From: Haliotis rubra
Lineage: Eukaryota
Reading direction: 5' to 3'
DNA: 64,000 nt
NCBI RefSeq assembly: GCF_003918875.1
Contig: NW_025765214.1
Span: 1,860,001-1,924,000 of the forward strand
The notes beneath the pieces are model-generated. The model saw only the letters and a list, made by a program, of their open reading frames with translations, had not been told where the DNA came from and made no database searches. The translations under genes were made by a program, and so were the position numbers. Shown piece by piece: positions 60,094-64,000 of this stretch (positions are counted from its first letter, which is position 1; each line of letters begins with the position of its first letter).

Positions 60094-62767
60094 ATGGATA
60101 GAGACAGACTTTGTGCCAGTCTTATCACATGGGTAAGTTTGTTTGTAGACAACCTGGAAGGTCCACCAAATACTGACCTGATTCGAAACAGATGATGGGA
60201 GTGGACTAGCATTTACTTTACTTGGTGTCTTTAAAGTTCACTATGCAGTGAAACCCCGTGTGCAATAAATGACACCTTTATTGAGATACACATTGAGAAT
60301 CCTTTTTCGTTTTGCCCATGCCTGCATGTGTACCGTGAGACAGTCATAATCAGAAGTGCCTAAAAATTCGACGAGGCATGACCCCTATGAACATGCTGAT
60401 CAGCTGAAGTAAATGTCAGAATATTTTTTTCAACGTCTTAGGATAGCGTTTGCCATTTGTTACAGTTATGACTTTATGTAGTTTAATTTATGTATTCCTG
60501 GACTGGTGGGGTGAAATATCGTCTCATTGTCAATGACATTCTTTCCTTCAAGACATCCAACCAGTAAATATCAATTCACCAATCCAAAATGAAAAAAACC
60601 ACATTGAGGTTTATTTGTCTTCCTCGTCATGCTTACACTAAATACACATATTAAAATGATGTTGGTGCATGAAGGAAATTAAAACTGACTTATGTATGAC
60701 AGTATTTATAATAATATGTGACTTTTATTTAAGCAGTGTATGAAATAAGCCCCAAAAACCAGCCAGACATCAGGGCTGGTAACTTCAAAATGTTACCAGC
60801 CCCAAATGGATTTAACCAGACCAGACACCAAGATATGGCGAATTTACTCAGTTGTATGGAACATCTAAAATTATTACAGGACCATCTGGCTGGCTAGCTG
60901 TAAATTTAGATCGTCCATTAGAAATCTAGCCTGTCTCCTGTGGTCGAACAGGCTGTATTTCATACACTGCTTTAAGACTGAATATTTGGATTTCTTTCAT
61001 ACTACTACTGTTAGGAACATACAATTGTGCTTAATATTTGTGAGTATATCCTATTATGAAACACTGCTTGCAGATGACATTGATATGTGCAAAATATGTT
61101 AGTGTTATTAACAGATTAACTGAATTAGTACTAAAGCATGACATGTTGGGTTGTGGTTTGGTGATGCATGTGTTATTTCTGACTTTATCATTTTTCATGT
61201 TTATGTTTCAGCTGAAGACTTTCAATATAGATGGACCATGCAACACAGCTGATGAGCTTAGTAATGGAATAGCCATGGCACAAGTACTTCAACAGATGTG
61301 AGTTATCTTGCAGGTTATTCTCAAAACAGTATTATAAGCAATAGGGTCATGGTGTTCATGAAGTTTACTGTGAAAGTACTTGATGTCACGGATCCACACA
61401 TTTGTCAGATGAAAGAGGCAGTAGCCTGAGGCACTATATCTGATCTTCAAAAATAACTTGAGGGCCAGTAGAAATTCAGGTTTTTCAGGATGGATCATTA
61501 TGCTCATATATTATACATGTGTTTATCCCTATTCAGCTTAGTGAATGGTTTAGGTAATTATGTTTTGGGCAGGCTATTTAAGGAGTCCTCTTGATGTTCA
61601 TGCTTCATTTCGATTGCTGTCACTCATTCCATTGCATGATCCTAGGACTGAGCTGTTTTACGAAGTGATCTTAGTGCTAAGGTGATCGTTACTCCATTCT
61701 AAGTAAACTTAGGTTCAGTACTATTATTCGTTACACTGCTATACTGAGTCTAACAAACCGTAGTAGAAAGTCGCGTCACCTAACCTTTTGGATTGACCAA
61801 TCAGAACACGGCTTGCCAAATTGCACAAGTTAACATTGGCACATACTGTTTGAACCTTTAGCTCGAAAACTCAAACGATTCCGAATAATATTTTGTGCAC
61901 GATCGCTTCCGAGTGATACACATGGAGGACGCCATTATTCACAACAATGAGTTGTGTGTCATCACAACTTGAGGGCAAAATCTGAGCCATTACAAAGTCA
62001 AGGGTCTATGTTAAGACATGGGATTGGGAGTAACGATCAGTCTAGGTAAACTTAGGCTCAGTATTATTCGTTTCATTGCTATACTGAGTCGAACAAACCC
62101 TAGTAGAAGGTCACATCAGCTAACCTTTGAGCGACCTATGACCGTCCAATCAAACACGAGACGGACGAACAGCTTTAACCAATCAGACAACAGCTACTTG
62201 TTTTGGTTCAGCGGGACTTACAAAATACGGACTGTATCTGGGACCATGGTGATGGCAAGTATAAAATGTTGTGGCAAAGCATAAGTAGGTGACTTCATAC
62301 ATGGGGGTTTAATACATGCTTCACAGAAAGACTGTTCCTACTCATTCTTATGTGATTTGGTTCTTTGTGTTTTTCAGAGCTCCAGATTACTTCAGTGATT
62401 CCTGGATGTCTAAGATGAAGAGAGATGACACCCTAAACTGGAGGTTAAAGGTCAGTCATTGTATAGAAATGATAATCAATAATTAGCCTACAATTCCATG
62501 TAATGACATGAACAACTGACATGTCCATACGAACAAATGACAAGCAAACAGGAAAATATTGGGTATGAGTCTTGCTCTAGCCCTGGTAAAAGAAAGCTCT
62601 AATGATGCCCACATTCATCGTCAGTTGTAACACTATTGAGATAGTTTTAGTGACATCTTTGTTTGTTTGAATTTTCATGGTAGTTGAATTCTCATTTTTT
62701 TAACTATTATTTTCAGGTCAGCAACTTGAAGAAAATATTGAAAGGAATACTGGAATATAATCTTGAG
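60094..62767 (+). CDS. HOOK3: Hook microtubule-tethering/dynein adaptor protein, N-terminal Hook domain, first 4 exons (gene continues past the window)
   Basis: Exons 60094-60132, 61212-61297, 62378-62450, 62717-62767 give MDRDRLCASLITWLKTFNIDGPCNTADELSNGIAMAQVLQQIAPDYFSDSWMSKMKRDDTLNWRLKVSNLKKILKGILEYNLE, matching the Hook-family N-terminus. Invertebrates usually have one Hook gene, so the paralog label is nominal. Confidence 0.92.
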
Positions 62768-62933
62768 GTGGGTGAAAATTAAAGTCCATACTTTAGCAGA
62801 TTCTTTAGATTGTGGATTAAATGTAGCCAATAAACATGTATTTGCAATGTCTTATTATGTCTACTGATGTATGTCAATGTAATAGTGATGGCTGAAGTTG
62901 TGTCTAGTACCAGGTTGTCTTCGTGTGATCATA

Positions 62934-63097
62934 GGGGCCGGTGGGGTAGCCTAGTGGTTAACACGGTCGCTCGTCACGCTGAAGACCCGGATTCGATTTC
63001 CCACACGGGCACAATGTGTGAAGCCCATTTCTGGTGACCCCCGCAGTGATATTGCTGGAATATTGCTAAAAGCGGCTTAAAACTAAACTCACTCACT
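62934..63097 (+). mobile_element. SINE family A
   Basis: Matches the consensus; TCGTGTGAT repeated on both flanks. Confidence 0.88.
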
Positions 63098-63165
63098 CGT
63101 GTGATGATTAGTTTGGTTGTCAGGCCATTTGCAGATTGATGCCTTGATGAAATATGATGTGAAGT

Positions 63166-64000
63166 GTGGACATGTTCAAGTCAGCTCCCGATATGGGTAT
63201 AAGTTTAGAGCAATATAGAACTACAGTCGGCTCGTTTTCACAACCTAGAAGGACCAAACAATCAACTCATGGATTGTGTGTTTCAAAAAAGTATGTATCC
63301 TTGACTTTGAGGCTTATTCTAGCGATATCGATGTTGCTAACTCTGAGTGGTGACGTGGAGTGTAACCCGGCCCCAAGTCCACGAGGCAGTCAACTCTCTC
63401 ACAGGAGGATACAGGTGCTGTGGGGCTTACCAGCAAATACTCAACAGATGATCTAATGGACGCTATTATCGGGTTAAAGTCTGATGTGAAAACTGCAAAC
63501 GACCGCCTCGCTCAACGGGACACGAAAGTGGACAAAATGGCGGCTCAGGTGATAGAACAAAGAGACGATATAAATAAGTTGAGTGAAGAAAACATACGGA
63601 TGACTGTACAGCTACGAGTTATGAAAGATAGACTTGATGATTATGAATCCAGGTCTAGACGCAATAATCTGCTTTTTCATGGCATAGAAAGTGAAAACAA
63701 CGAAACCTGGGAAACTTCGGAGAAGAAAGTTCATGAGTTTATTCGAGACATGCTTGACATCCCTCAAGCAGACGATATTCTTATTACGAGGGCCCATCGA
63801 CTTCGGAACGGAAAACGTAATCCCCCAATAATTGCAAATTTCGCTCTCACCAACGACAGAAATGACATCCTGTTCACTGCGAAGAGGAAACTAAAAGACA
63901 GGAAGATACAACACACCGAGTCACCGAGGATCTCACACAGCGAGTGCAGGAAGCACGCAGATCAATCGCTCCTTTATACTCGCATGCCCTCAAAGCAGGT
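63166..64000 (+). mobile_element. Non-LTR retrotransposon 5' part: 2A-like leader plus L1-type (Transposase_22-like) ORF1, in a Hook intron
   Basis: LLTLSGDVECNP, then in a shifted frame a coiled coil, YESRSRRNNLLFHGI, RAHR and PIIANF; after a second shift, VTEDLTQRVQEARR. Confidence 0.85.

Overview
Eukaryotic (metazoan) genomic DNA, repeat-rich, with several N gaps and locally noisy consensus. The SINE content suggests a gastropod mollusc, possibly abalone (inference only). Three spliced genes were reconstructed by hand from GT-AG boundaries and codon phase. (1) A ~1,500-aa receptor-type protein tyrosine phosphatase on the minus strand (44068 to at least 12983, 21 exons found): signal peptide, ShKT-like domain, a long MEGF10/SCARF-type EGF-repeat ectodomain (~700 aa in one 2.1-kb exon), a TM helix and tandem PTP domains. 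D1 has an IA-2/phogrin-type HCSDG signature, and one D2 exon is amplified into a 10-copy, 152-bp tandem array. (2) A complete 5-exon RNF170 on the minus strand. (3) The first 4 exons of a Hook gene on the plus strand, head-to-head with RNF170 as human RNF170/HOOK3 are. Introns and intergenic DNA hold two decayed Tc1 transposons (one nested in a long-TIR element, one with a deletion derivative), a Harbinger remnant, MITEs, four SINE families, LINE fragments (one ORF1 preceded by a 2A/StopGo-like motif), Penelope-like palindromes with minimal hammerhead-like cores, a SINE-mediated 1-kb tandem duplication, and mini/microsatellites.
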